A model generated the notes under the pieces. The model was not told the DNA's origin, did no database searches, and saw only the letters and a program-made list of their open reading frames with translations. Positions 18,565 through 27,293 of a DNA stretch of 64,000 nucleotides are shown piece after piece. Made by a program: the position numbers and the translations under genes. Position 1 is the first letter of the stretch. The number at the start of each line of letters is the position of its first letter. This DNA is from a virus (taxonomy: Duplodnaviria > Heunggongvirae > Uroviricota > Caudoviricetes), in IMG/VR virus record IMGVR_UViG_3300013307_000015. The stretch is one strand, 5' to 3'.

Positions 18565-19110
18565 ATGGACCCGATTCTTTCCGCTAAGAGCACCAGCATG
18601 GCTGACGCTTTTATGATGTTGCTGGCGATTCAACAGGGTCCGAAGGGGCCTGAGAATGGCCGGATTTACAAACGGGCGATGACGCACAACCAGAACCCGT
18701 TCTTGCAGTTCATCTTTCACCAGTCGGATCCGAGTAATCCGACTAAGCATATTCCGGTGCGTTGGGTATCGGTCGAATTTCGTCAATGGGACGGTTTCTT
18801 TTACGTCTACACACATACGACCGAAGAGATTCAACCGTACTTGCCGCATCGCAAGGGGCACGTACAGCAAGGTTTCAACTACCAGAAGTTCACGGAGAAC
18901 TCGACGGCAAAGATCTACTCGATCGATCTGATTGAGAGCGCTACGCGCGAAGCGCTGGCGTATCTGATTCACGATCAGGCGCTCCCTGCGCGTACGTCGG
19001 ATCAAACGCGAGAAGTGCTCACGCGCATCATGCAGTTCAAGAATTACCACATGCGCAACGGCAAGATCTACATGAGCATCTCCGATCTTGGGAACCTCTT
19101 GGAGAAATAA
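18565..19110 (+). CDS. Hypothetical protein
   Basis: 181-aa ORF with AGGAG RBS. Confidence 0.7.
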   Translation: MDPILSAKSTSMADAFMMLLAIQQGPKGPENGRIYKRAMTHNQNPFLQFIFHQSDPSNPTKHIPVRWVSVEFRQWDGFFYVYTHTTEEIQPYLPHRKGHVQQGFNYQKFTENSTAKIYSIDLIESATREALAYLIHDQALPARTSDQTREVLTRIMQFKNYHMRNGKIYMSISDLGNLLEK

Positions 19111-19113
19111 CGG

Positions 19114-19764
19114 ATGATGATAAACGCATGGACAGAGATGTTGACCGGACGTTTGATGGCCTACGTCTCGACTGCGTTGGAAGAAAACGAGTTCTTCGAT
19201 CTGATGACGTTGATGCGGCGCATCTTTGCGAATAAGACGCTCATGGACTTTAATCTGATTATCGAGAAGTCGTACATTCCGGTCAGAGACGAGACGCTTT
19301 CACAAGTGGCTTTTGAACGCAAGATCATGCGGGGCAATTACCGAAAGGTCATCATGGCGTTTGAGAGTCTCGAATCCGAAATCTCTTTGGACGAAATCCG
19401 CACGTCGACGTATAAGCTACGCGATGGGTTGGGCTACACGTTCATGGAAGCTTTCTGGATTCTGCTGGCGTGGGATGCATTCGGGGAAGAATCAACCGTG
19501 CCTGTGCGTTTCTTTCAGGAGATGGTACTGGGAGATGCACTGGAGCGCGAACGAGTGGAGAAGAAAGGAGAACCTTCGTTTGCGATGGTAGGACTTCCTC
19601 CGGGTACGCCCAGAGAGGACATCAACAAAGAAGGCGTGCGCAAAGTCGACATTCTTCAGATTCTGTTGAATCGAATTGAGATGCGCGCTTTATCGGTCAA
19701 AGCAAACCACATCTACGGCAAGATGTCGAAAGCCGAAGCAGCAGACGCAGCGGTTTTGAACTGA
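19114..19764 (+). CDS. Hypothetical protein
   Basis: 216-aa ORF directly following the previous gene. Confidence 0.7.
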   Translation: MMINAWTEMLTGRLMAYVSTALEENEFFDLMTLMRRIFANKTLMDFNLIIEKSYIPVRDETLSQVAFERKIMRGNYRKVIMAFESLESEISLDEIRTSTYKLRDGLGYTFMEAFWILLAWDAFGEESTVPVRFFQEMVLGDALERERVEKKGEPSFAMVGLPPGTPREDINKEGVRKVDILQILLNRIEMRALSVKANHIYGKMSKAEAADAAVLN

Positions 19765-19786
19765 GGGAATTAAGCGGTAAATGACG

Positions 19787-19814
19787 GGGAGCTACGGCTC
19801 CCTGTTTATGCCGT
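19787..19814 (+). terminator. Hairpin plus TTTATGCCGT tail
   Basis: GGGAGC-TACG-GCTCCC-TG-TTTATGCCGT. Confidence 0.75.
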
Positions 19815-19823
19815 AGTCTAGAT

Positions 19824-19843
19824 TTTTTCAGACATATATAACT
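19824..19843 (+). promoter_or_regulatory. Putative phage RNAP (early) promoter, copy 3
   Basis: TTTTTCAgacAtATATAAct shares the TTCA-N3-AYATAT(C/A)A core with 7330 and 12622. Confidence 0.45.
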
Positions 19844-19909
19844 TTCGTGACATTGGTAGCAGTATCAGTGTTATCCATTCTCATTGACATTCGAAATAAG
19901 GAGTTGAGC

Positions 19910-20386
19910 ATGAACAACGCATTCGTACAACTGGCCAAGCAAATCGAAGACAACGGCAACATCGTCATCGACGACGAAACCGGCGAGGAAATCAAACTCG
20001 ACGGCATCGGCCATCTGATCCAGAACAAGCGCGAACACGCGGTCGCACTTTTCAAGGACCGCGACTTCTATCTGCGCGGCCTGTATCCGGCGGACGACGG
20101 CAAGGTCCATCTGGACATCGCCACCACGGGCGGGGCCATCTATCAAGTCGAGACCCCCGATCTCGTCGACCTGCAACATCACAAGGTCTCGTACGGTACG
20201 CTCTTCCAGACCTGGATGTTCGGTCTGAAGGACGGCGGTTGCAATCCGCGCCCGGCACCGGAAGAGCAACCGAAGAAGGAAGTCAAGAAGGACGAAGGCA
20301 AGGACAAGAAGAAGGACGACGACAAGAAGCAGCCGTCGTACAACTCGCGTACGCACCATTCCACATCGCTGCGCATGGCAGCGTAA
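19910..20386 (+). CDS. Hypothetical protein with charged (K/D/E) C-terminal tail
   Basis: Start moved to ATG 19910 behind AAGGAG; strong codon bias. Confidence 0.75.
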   Translation: MNNAFVQLAKQIEDNGNIVIDDETGEEIKLDGIGHLIQNKREHAVALFKDRDFYLRGLYPADDGKVHLDIATTGGAIYQVETPDLVDLQHHKVSYGTLFQTWMFGLKDGGCNPRPAPEEQPKKEVKKDEGKDKKKDDDKKQPSYNSRTHHSTSLRMAA

Positions 20387-20412
20387 CCCAACACGGGGAG
20401 AGGTAGAGGGGA

Positions 20413-20472
20413 GGGCATAAAGCCGGCTGGGGAAACCCAGCCGGCGGCATGCTCTATACCCTTCTTTTTTTG
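20413..20472. terminator. Bidirectional terminator with GGGCATAAA flank
   Basis: GGGCATAAA-GCCGGCTGGG-GAAA-CCCAGCCGGC...CTTCTTTTTT between convergent genes. Confidence 0.8.
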
Positions 20473-20473
20473 T

Positions 20474-20929
20474 CTACTTTCGTATCGGTTGATAGATTTC
20501 GACGTCGATGGGCATGGGTTCGCAATACTTGTACAGAAGATCCTGCACAATGTCCCACTCCAGACCGCCTTCTCCACAGCCTAAAGCCGGAACTGCCAGA
20601 CCGGTAATCCCATACTTCTCCAGATTCTCAGCCAGATGTAGCAAACCCGCATCGATCCACTCCCAGCGACTGGGTCGAGACCAGTGACTCTTGGTCGGGA
20701 ACGAATAGATCTTTTGGTCACGATCTTCGAAATTGTACACAAAGCACTTTTCGATTTGGAATACGCGTCGTGTGCACGCACGCCGGTATGCCTCGTAGTA
20801 CTCCGGATACCGCTTCTTAAACTGCACCGCCAGACCCTTACCCATGGCTCCGAACGTGTTGACCGGATTCACGAGAGTCTGCATCTTCGAATCAAAGATG
20901 TTGCCTACTCCTTCCCAAACAATCGTCAT
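20474..20929 (-). CDS. Stand-alone macrodomain ADP-ribosylhydrolase, DarG-like
   Basis: GNIFD, LVNPVNTFGAMGKGLAVQFK, FPTKSHW and PALGCGEGGLEW motifs. Confidence 0.88.
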   Translation of the reverse strand: MTIVWEGVGNIFDSKMQTLVNPVNTFGAMGKGLAVQFKKRYPEYYEAYRRACTRRVFQIEKCFVYNFEDRDQKIYSFPTKSHWSRPSRWEWIDAGLLHLAENLEKYGITGLAVPALGCGEGGLEWDIVQDLLYKYCEPMPIDVEIYQPIRK

Positions 20930-21348
20930 GGCTTCAGTCCTTTCAATTCGTTGGTGAGATTACCTGCTGCGCGTTCTTCCTTCTCACGCCGGATAGCAGC
21001 GATCCGCATCATCTCGGTCGCTTCGTAACACGGCAACCTCAAAAAGGAAGACCACGTTTCACCTGTCGCTTCGTGGACACGATGGTAGACGAATTGCTCC
21101 ATGCGCTCGTACAAAAGACTGTACGTCAAGTTGTCTTCAGCAGTATGCAGTTCGACCGCAGCAAAGGGATGGTTCAGATCATTTTTGCCATGGTCGTAAA
21201 TTCCGAATAACGTCTCGTACTGCTCCAGCATTAACAATTGAGCATCGGTAGAGCAGATCCGAGGAACGGATTTCAGCAGTCGTTCCAACATGACGCTGAT
21301 ATTGATCCCGTCCTCGAAATCTGCATCGGCCACCAGACGCTGACGCAC
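20926..21348 (-). CDS. Conserved hypothetical protein (gp76 position); possible tail-chaperone second domain
   Basis: 140-aa GTG-start ORF without a clear SD, in the -1 frame of the upstream gene. Confidence 0.65.
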   Translation of the reverse strand: MRQRLVADADFEDGINISVMLERLLKSVPRICSTDAQLLMLEQYETLFGIYDHGKNDLNHPFAAVELHTAEDNLTYSLLYERMEQFVYHRVHEATGETWSSFLRLPCYEATEMMRIAAIRREKEERAAGNLTNELKGLKP

Positions 21349-21356
21349 CAGTGGTC

Positions 21357-22946
21357 TTACAGGTCCATACGGGCCTGAATTCGATTGTTCTTTTGCACGA
21401 GCAGGGTAAAAAACGTGTAGAGCGCATCGATCGGCACGAGGTGCGGAAAGCGCGGCAGCACGTTCTCTTCGCTCGCAGCCACCGTCGGCGTAGCGATCAC
21501 GCTGACCGTGGTTTCGTCGATGAACTTGTGGATCGCTTCGAAATACTTCGTACGGATGTCATCCACCTGTGAGAGCGTGTCCATCATCATGTCGATGGTT
21601 TCGGTGTCGTTGAAGACGACTTCACGATCGCCTGCTTCCACCACGTCCTTGACCCAGTGCGCGAACTGCCGCATCACCGTCGCCTTGCCCTTGTGGCTGA
21701 TGTAGCGGTCACGCTGTTCGTCGCTTTGATCGCGGCCGAATGCCCGATCGACCATGTCGGTGATCGAATCGATCCAGCGGTGACCCGCGCTCAGGTATTC
21801 GTCGATGGTCGGCACCTTGAGCGTCATTTCCAGCCCTTCTTCGAGCTGCACGCGACGCTCGCGCAGGTTGAACTCCGCTTGGTAGTTCTCCAGCATCTCA
21901 TCGGTCATGGTGTTGCCAACACGCCGCGACATGTGAGCGACCTGCTTGGGGGTAAGCATGCGGCGGTCGACGAATTGCAGCTTCGACACGTTGAGCAGAC
22001 CCTTGACTTCCTTCTTCTCCTGGTTCTCACCAGCGAGGACGGAACGCGAGTACTGGAAGCCCTTCGGGTAGATCGCGCACGCCATGGCCCAAGCGATGGT
22101 TTGCAGATCGTGCACCTTCAGGTACTTGCGCACGAACTCGTTGCCCATCTTGAGCGTGGAGTCGTGCAGGTGTTCCAGCACGAAGTTCACCAGCTCTTCA
22201 GCGATGAAGGAGCTGGAGTTCGCGAATGCCAGACCGTAGGTACGACGGCCGAGGGTGACCTTCTGTTCGGAAGTACGACGGAACAGATCGAGCAGGTCGC
22301 CTTCATCGGGTGCGCGCAGCGTGATCCAGAAGCCCGAGTTCCACAGCGGGACTTGGATGAGTCCGCCAATCCCGATGATCGCCCGCACGCGTTGCACGGC
22401 CCGCTGGCCGGTGAGCATCGATTCGCCGGGCTGCGCCATGCGCGGACGAGCCGCCATGAGTTCGCCCATTTCCGACTTGACCGACTGACCCCAGTCGGCA
22501 TCGTCGCGCTCGACCGATGCTTGGAATTGCGCATTGACCGGACGCGTCAGTTCGCCGTCAAGCATGCGCTGTGCCCACATGCGCTCGCCTTCGGTGTCGC
22601 CGATTTGCTCGTTGGGACGCTCCGCGTGATACTGCTCGACGCGCTTTTCCGTATCCGCCGGCAGAATCAGGAATTCGCCCTTGGCCGGATCAAGCGAGCC
22701 GGGCGTCAGATCCGGGTTGTACGTTTCGTGGTCTTGACGCACCGTCTTCGACGGCTCCAGCGGCGGCAGGCCGGGCCATGCGTCGCGTTCCGGTGCATTC
22801 CCCGATGCTGCCGGCGTCTGCTCCGGCAGCTCTTCCGTCGCAGGCTGAGTCGACTCGACGGGGTTGATCTTTGCCGGATCGACAGCGGGCGAGTTCTCAC
22901 CCGTCTGCGGAGGCGTCGATGCGCCGCCTTGTTGGTTTTCTTCCAT
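21357..22946 (-). CDS. Conserved chimallivirus protein (gp77 position), possibly baseplate-hub/tail assembly chaperone-like
   Basis: 529 aa with a disordered acidic N-terminus; LKVPTIDEYL segment; function is inference. Confidence 0.65.
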   Translation of the reverse strand: MEENQQGGASTPPQTGENSPAVDPAKINPVESTQPATEELPEQTPAASGNAPERDAWPGLPPLEPSKTVRQDHETYNPDLTPGSLDPAKGEFLILPADTEKRVEQYHAERPNEQIGDTEGERMWAQRMLDGELTRPVNAQFQASVERDDADWGQSVKSEMGELMAARPRMAQPGESMLTGQRAVQRVRAIIGIGGLIQVPLWNSGFWITLRAPDEGDLLDLFRRTSEQKVTLGRRTYGLAFANSSSFIAEELVNFVLEHLHDSTLKMGNEFVRKYLKVHDLQTIAWAMACAIYPKGFQYSRSVLAGENQEKKEVKGLLNVSKLQFVDRRMLTPKQVAHMSRRVGNTMTDEMLENYQAEFNLRERRVQLEEGLEMTLKVPTIDEYLSAGHRWIDSITDMVDRAFGRDQSDEQRDRYISHKGKATVMRQFAHWVKDVVEAGDREVVFNDTETIDMMMDTLSQVDDIRTKYFEAIHKFIDETTVSVIATPTVAASEENVLPRFPHLVPIDALYTFFTLLVQKNNRIQARMDL

Positions 22947-22958
22947 GTTCCTTCTCGA

Positions 22959-23618
22959 TTACGAGTTGATTTCAGCGACGGCATTGGCAGCCGTGCTGGC
23001 GACTTCGGTCGCCGAGACGTCGGTGATGACGTTCGGATCTTGCTCCGGCTTCAGGCCGTTTTCCGACAGCTTGCCCTGCGAGTCGAGCATGCGGACTTCG
23101 GCTTCGGTGAAGATCTCGAAGATGTGTGCGATCGACGGCTGGATCGTGCTTTCCAGACGCTCCAGGAAAAGCTGGTACTTCTGACCGATCAGGTTCGCCG
23201 CCATGATCTCGTCTTCGTCTGACGTGCCGCCGGTCTTGCCGGCGTGTTCAGACGCGATTGCCGACAGTTCCGACTTGAGCGTGCCGATGTCGCGCTTGAA
23301 CATCTCGATGCGCAGTTGCAGGCTCTGGTGGTCACGGATGAACGCGATGATGTCCTTGCGAGCCGCGAGCTTCGACAGCACGGCCGGTGCCATCACGCCC
23401 TTGGCGCAGTTCACGTACATGGTGTTCAGCTCGTCGTAGACGGGCATCCAGCCTTCTGCCTTCTTGCGCTCTTCTTCGTCCTTGGCGACTTCGACGAGCT
23501 TCTTCTGGAACATCGGGTGGATGGAGTGCACCGGGGCCACGTAAGACGTGCGAGGTGCGGGTGCTTTGCCCGACGCTTGGAGGTCCCGCATACGGCGGCT
23601 TGCAGACTTCTTGGTCAC
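22959..23618 (-). CDS. Hypothetical protein (helical)
   Basis: 219 aa, GTG start with AGGAG RBS. Confidence 0.75.
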   Translation of the reverse strand: MTKKSASRRMRDLQASGKAPAPRTSYVAPVHSIHPMFQKKLVEVAKDEEERKKAEGWMPVYDELNTMYVNCAKGVMAPAVLSKLAARKDIIAFIRDHQSLQLRIEMFKRDIGTLKSELSAIASEHAGKTGGTSDEDEIMAANLIGQKYQLFLERLESTIQPSIAHIFEIFTEAEVRMLDSQGKLSENGLKPEQDPNVITDVSATEVASTAANAVAEINS

Positions 23619-23745
23619 GATGTGACTCCTAATGTTAGTTTCTATTGCAAAAATCAGACAGACAGCTCAATTATTTGACCATCCGGCGATAATCGGCTAC
23701 AGGATCCCGGAACGAATTACTTTTTTTGTGCGAAATGAGGCAAAC

Positions 23746-24582
23746 ATGCTCGATATCCTCGATGACTACTTGAGTAATGCTGCATCCCCAGAACTCAAGG
23801 AGTCCATTCGCGCTGCTCACGAATTGTTCGATCGCTACGGCCTAGAGACATACGAGCAGGGCTTCGAAGAAATTTTACTGACCGACGATCAAGTCGACAC
23901 CGGTAAGACGCTGCACGACATCTACGATCTGACGCGTAGTTTGCAGTTTAAGATTCTGGAGGAGCACCAACTCGTCATCGACGAAGACGCGCCTCCGTCT
24001 GTTCTGAACGTCTTTCTGGACGCCCTTAAGCGCCTGGAGAACTACGACAACCCGGATGCTATCTTTGGCATCCTCTCGCAACCGAATGACCCGACTGAAC
24101 TGATCGCTGACTGTGTGGCACAAGTCAGTGGTCTGGAATCGGCGCGTCTGCACCGCTACGTGATGAACTGCGGTCAAGCCTTGCTGCAAGCAATCGTGCG
24201 TCAGCTGGACCAAACACACTTCGCGCAAAGTGATGAAGAGATCGTCTCCAAGCGCGAGCGTGTCAACCGCTACAAGCGCTTTATCTCGGTGGCGGATATC
24301 AAGCAGCTGAAGGTGGCGTATCTGCTTGAGCACGGCATGGATGTCGGCCATCCGCTGCTGGTCTATCTGAACATCATCGGTAACGACTTCGAGGAGATGG
24401 AAGCCAAGTACATCGCAAACGAGTTGGTTGGCATGTGCATGATTTCCTCCGATGCCTCGGACAATCCGCGTGCAGCCATTGCTGCACATCTCGAACAATA
24501 CGTCTCCGACATGGACAAGATCACCAAGATCGATCTGGCTGTCGGTGACCTCCTTCTGAAACTGGCGGCCGCTCATGGATAA
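23746..24582 (+). CDS. Conserved hypothetical protein (gp79 position)
   Basis: Start moved to ATG 23746 behind GAGG; overlaps the vRNAP gene start. Confidence 0.7.
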   Translation: MLDILDDYLSNAASPELKESIRAAHELFDRYGLETYEQGFEEILLTDDQVDTGKTLHDIYDLTRSLQFKILEEHQLVIDEDAPPSVLNVFLDALKRLENYDNPDAIFGILSQPNDPTELIADCVAQVSGLESARLHRYVMNCGQALLQAIVRQLDQTHFAQSDEEIVSKRERVNRYKRFISVADIKQLKVAYLLEHGMDVGHPLLVYLNIIGNDFEEMEAKYIANELVGMCMISSDASDNPRAAIAAHLEQYVSDMDKITKIDLAVGDLLLKLAAAHG

Positions 24583-25885
24583 GCGATCGTACTTTTTGGC
24601 AGCATGTCGAGCCGAAGAATTCCGTCGCACGGCATGGGTGATGTCCGCCTTCGCGCTTATTCGTGAAGACCCGGAGAAATGGAGGACGGATAACTATCCC
24701 TACCGCATCGTGCAGATGCCGACTGGGATGTTCTTCGTCAATCCGGAGAATCGGGACGAGCTGCTTCCGATTGAAAACGCCAAGCCGGGTGAGCCGATCT
24801 TCCGGGCTGGCGAGTGGGTGACGATTCTCAAATCGGAGTTCCCCAATCTGGGACAAGATCGTGCTACGGTTACTTACGGTAATCTACTGGTGAATTTCAC
24901 CTCGATCATCTGGCCGTTTGGTCCGACCAAGATGAAGTACATGATCGACGAGATCACGTCACCCAGCATCGAGAAGTTGATCCTGCCGCGTTTTCGCAAT
25001 ACGCCCAAAGAGGGTGAGTCGCGCGAGGAGAAGTACGTCTACGTGGACGAGTATTTGAAGTTCGCCGATTCGATGTTCTATCTGGGTTCGCTCTCCCAGT
25101 TGTTCGTCCCGGCAGGTTCACGTAAAGCCATGACGGTTGATCCCAAGGTCTACGAGTTGCGCAAGAAACTCGTCGCCGAGAACAAGGATCGCCTGCATGA
25201 TCCGGCAGTGATTGCCAAGATCGACGCTGAACTCGTCAAGCACGACAAAGCATGGATCAAGGGTGACCCGGCTGAGCACTTCCTGCTTTCGGGTAAAGCG
25301 TACAACATCGTGCGCAAGAAGCTCTTCTTACAGATGGGTGCGGAAATGGGATTGGACGAATCCCAGAACGTGGACTACATCCAACCTTCGCTTGCTGAAG
25401 GCTGGGACATCAGCAAGTTCCCGGCGATGAACAACTCGTTGCGTGCTGGCTCGTTTAACCGAGGCGCGCAGACGATGCTGGGGGGTGAGTCGGTGAAGTG
25501 GCTGCTGCGTGCTTCGTCGAACATGTCGGTGACGGCTCCGGATTGTGGTTCCAAGCTTGGCAATCCGGTGGCGCTTAACGACGAAAACAAAAAGCGTTAC
25601 TTCGGGTTCAGTATCGTCGGCGAGAAAGGCCCGATCAAAATCACGGAAGAAAGTGCAGGCGAGTATCTTGGGAAGAAGGTGATGATTCGCTCACCGATGT
25701 ATTGCAAGATGCCGAAAACTGACTTCTGTGCAGTATGCGTAGGAGACCGACTCGCAGCCAATCCAAACGCCATCTCGGCAGCGGTGGCAGCATACGGGAG
25801 CGCGTTCTTGTCACTCTTCATGGCCAGCGCACACGCGAAAGCACTGCTGCTGACCAAGATGGATTACCGAGAAGCGATCATCTAG
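24575..25885 (+). CDS. rpoC: Virion RNA polymerase beta' subunit (phiKZ gp80-like)
   Basis: SLRAGSFNRGAQTMLGGE bridge-helix region; Zn site DCGS...IRSPMYC...FCAVCVG. Confidence 0.85.
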   Translation: MDKRSYFLAACRAEEFRRTAWVMSAFALIREDPEKWRTDNYPYRIVQMPTGMFFVNPENRDELLPIENAKPGEPIFRAGEWVTILKSEFPNLGQDRATVTYGNLLVNFTSIIWPFGPTKMKYMIDEITSPSIEKLILPRFRNTPKEGESREEKYVYVDEYLKFADSMFYLGSLSQLFVPAGSRKAMTVDPKVYELRKKLVAENKDRLHDPAVIAKIDAELVKHDKAWIKGDPAEHFLLSGKAYNIVRKKLFLQMGAEMGLDESQNVDYIQPSLAEGWDISKFPAMNNSLRAGSFNRGAQTMLGGESVKWLLRASSNMSVTAPDCGSKLGNPVALNDENKKRYFGFSIVGEKGPIKITEESAGEYLGKKVMIRSPMYCKMPKTDFCAVCVGDRLAANPNAISAAVAAYGSAFLSLFMASAHAKALLLTKMDYREAII

Positions 25886-25953
25886 TTTTTTCTTATTGGG
25901 TCCAGAGATAGTCTGAGGATGTGCGTCTCAACCCAAAACCACTGGAGTTATTC

Positions 25954-27183
25954 ATGTCGACGACCGACGAAGATCAACTGAACAACGGAGCCACCGATGG
26001 ACAACAATCCGCCGCAGGACAGCCCGCAGGCGATGCTGGAACGGCTCAAGCAGCAGGCAGCACCGCTGTCGACGCAGGCGCTGGAACGAGCCAAGGCGAC
26101 GTGGCAGGAGCTGGAGCAGCAGCAGGCGGAACTGCCGACCAACAACCCGCAGTCGGAACCGACGTGGGGACCGCAGACGCAGCAAGCACCGGACAGCCCG
26201 TTCAAGGCGACGTCGGATCAGCGGCTGATGCAGGATCTGTCGCAAACGGCACGGGAACTGCTGACACCGGAACGACTCAGCAAGCTGGGGATCAGTCCGG
26301 CGGTGCTGGGACACCCGCAGTGACCGACACGGGAGCAAGCGATGCAGGACAAGCTCAACCCGCAAACAGCGATGCTGGCACCGGTGCCGCAACCGATGCA
26401 ACCGCTGACGGCGGCGCAGGTGCAGCAGCAAATGGCGACGCTCCGGCAGCTGGCGACAACGCAGCCACTGGCGATAACGGGGCTACCGGTGACCAAGCAG
26501 GTGGACAGGTCAGCGGCGACGGGCAAAGCGACGCTGGCGCTGCACAAGGTGAAGTGACGCCGGGAAACGATGCGAGTGGTGCCTCTACCGCAACGGATGC
26601 TTCGGACACGTCTGCGCCGGCTGCTGATGCAGATCAAGCCACGGGTGGCGTGGTGGTTCCCCCGAGTACCGATTCGATCCCCACTGGTCCCGGCGACGAC
26701 GGTCGTCAACTGACCGACGTGTCTGTCAACCAGGCCGTCTGGGCGTTGGTCAAGGACGCAAGCGACATCGGCAAGACCGTCGTCGAAGGCGTGTACCAGT
26801 ACATCGCGAACATGCGTCCGAACATGCCGGTGACGCCGGAAGACGGCGCGCGCCAGCAGGTCAACCTGTTCCGCAACCTGTCGACGCTGTTCAACCGCGT
26901 GGAAGGCGACTTCAGCCAAGTCTTCCCGGCTGTGCTCAAACTGTTCGAACACCATTCGAGCGGCGTGTTCGCCGAAACGCATCGCTTCCGTTTCATGGAC
27001 CAAGCGCATCAGCTCGGCACCAAGGACCGGATCGCGTACCAGAACATGGTGCACCTGCTCACGTCGCTGTCCGCGCCGTCCGATCGCCAGAGCATGCTCA
27101 AGCAGATCGACATCAACAAGGCGATGGAACACGGCGTCTCGGAAAGCGGCCGCAACCGCGTGCGCACGTTCTTCCGTCTGTGA
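25954..27183 (+). CDS. Hypothetical protein with ~250-aa A/G/D/Q/T low-complexity N-terminus and a globular C-terminal domain
   Basis: Start at ATG 25954 behind GGAG; composition read directly from the translation. Confidence 0.75.
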   Translation: MSTTDEDQLNNGATDGQQSAAGQPAGDAGTAQAAGSTAVDAGAGTSQGDVAGAGAAAGGTADQQPAVGTDVGTADAASTGQPVQGDVGSAADAGSVANGTGTADTGTTQQAGDQSGGAGTPAVTDTGASDAGQAQPANSDAGTGAATDATADGGAGAAANGDAPAAGDNAATGDNGATGDQAGGQVSGDGQSDAGAAQGEVTPGNDASGASTATDASDTSAPAADADQATGGVVVPPSTDSIPTGPGDDGRQLTDVSVNQAVWALVKDASDIGKTVVEGVYQYIANMRPNMPVTPEDGARQQVNLFRNLSTLFNRVEGDFSQVFPAVLKLFEHHSSGVFAETHRFRFMDQAHQLGTKDRIAYQNMVHLLTSLSAPSDRQSMLKQIDINKAMEHGVSESGRNRVRTFFRL

Positions 27184-27195
27184 TCCCTTTGGGGT

Positions 27196-27270
27196 CGGCA
27201 TAAGGGAATAGGGTAGTTCAGGCTCTCCATCATTTGGAGGGCTTGGCTACCTCTATTCCTAATTATGTCG
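27196..27270. terminator. Long imperfect hairpin closed by CGGCATAA / TTATGTCG
   Basis: CGGCATAA-GGGAATAG-GGTAG...CTAC-CTCTATTCC-TAA-TTATGTCG. Confidence 0.65.
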
Positions 27271-27293
27271 TTACCACAATCTGGGGTTAAGAA

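Noticed and set aside
25954-26710. Ice-nucleation or collagen-like repeat
   Set aside because: No AGYGST octapeptide or G-X-Y periodicity; it is simply low-complexity sequence.
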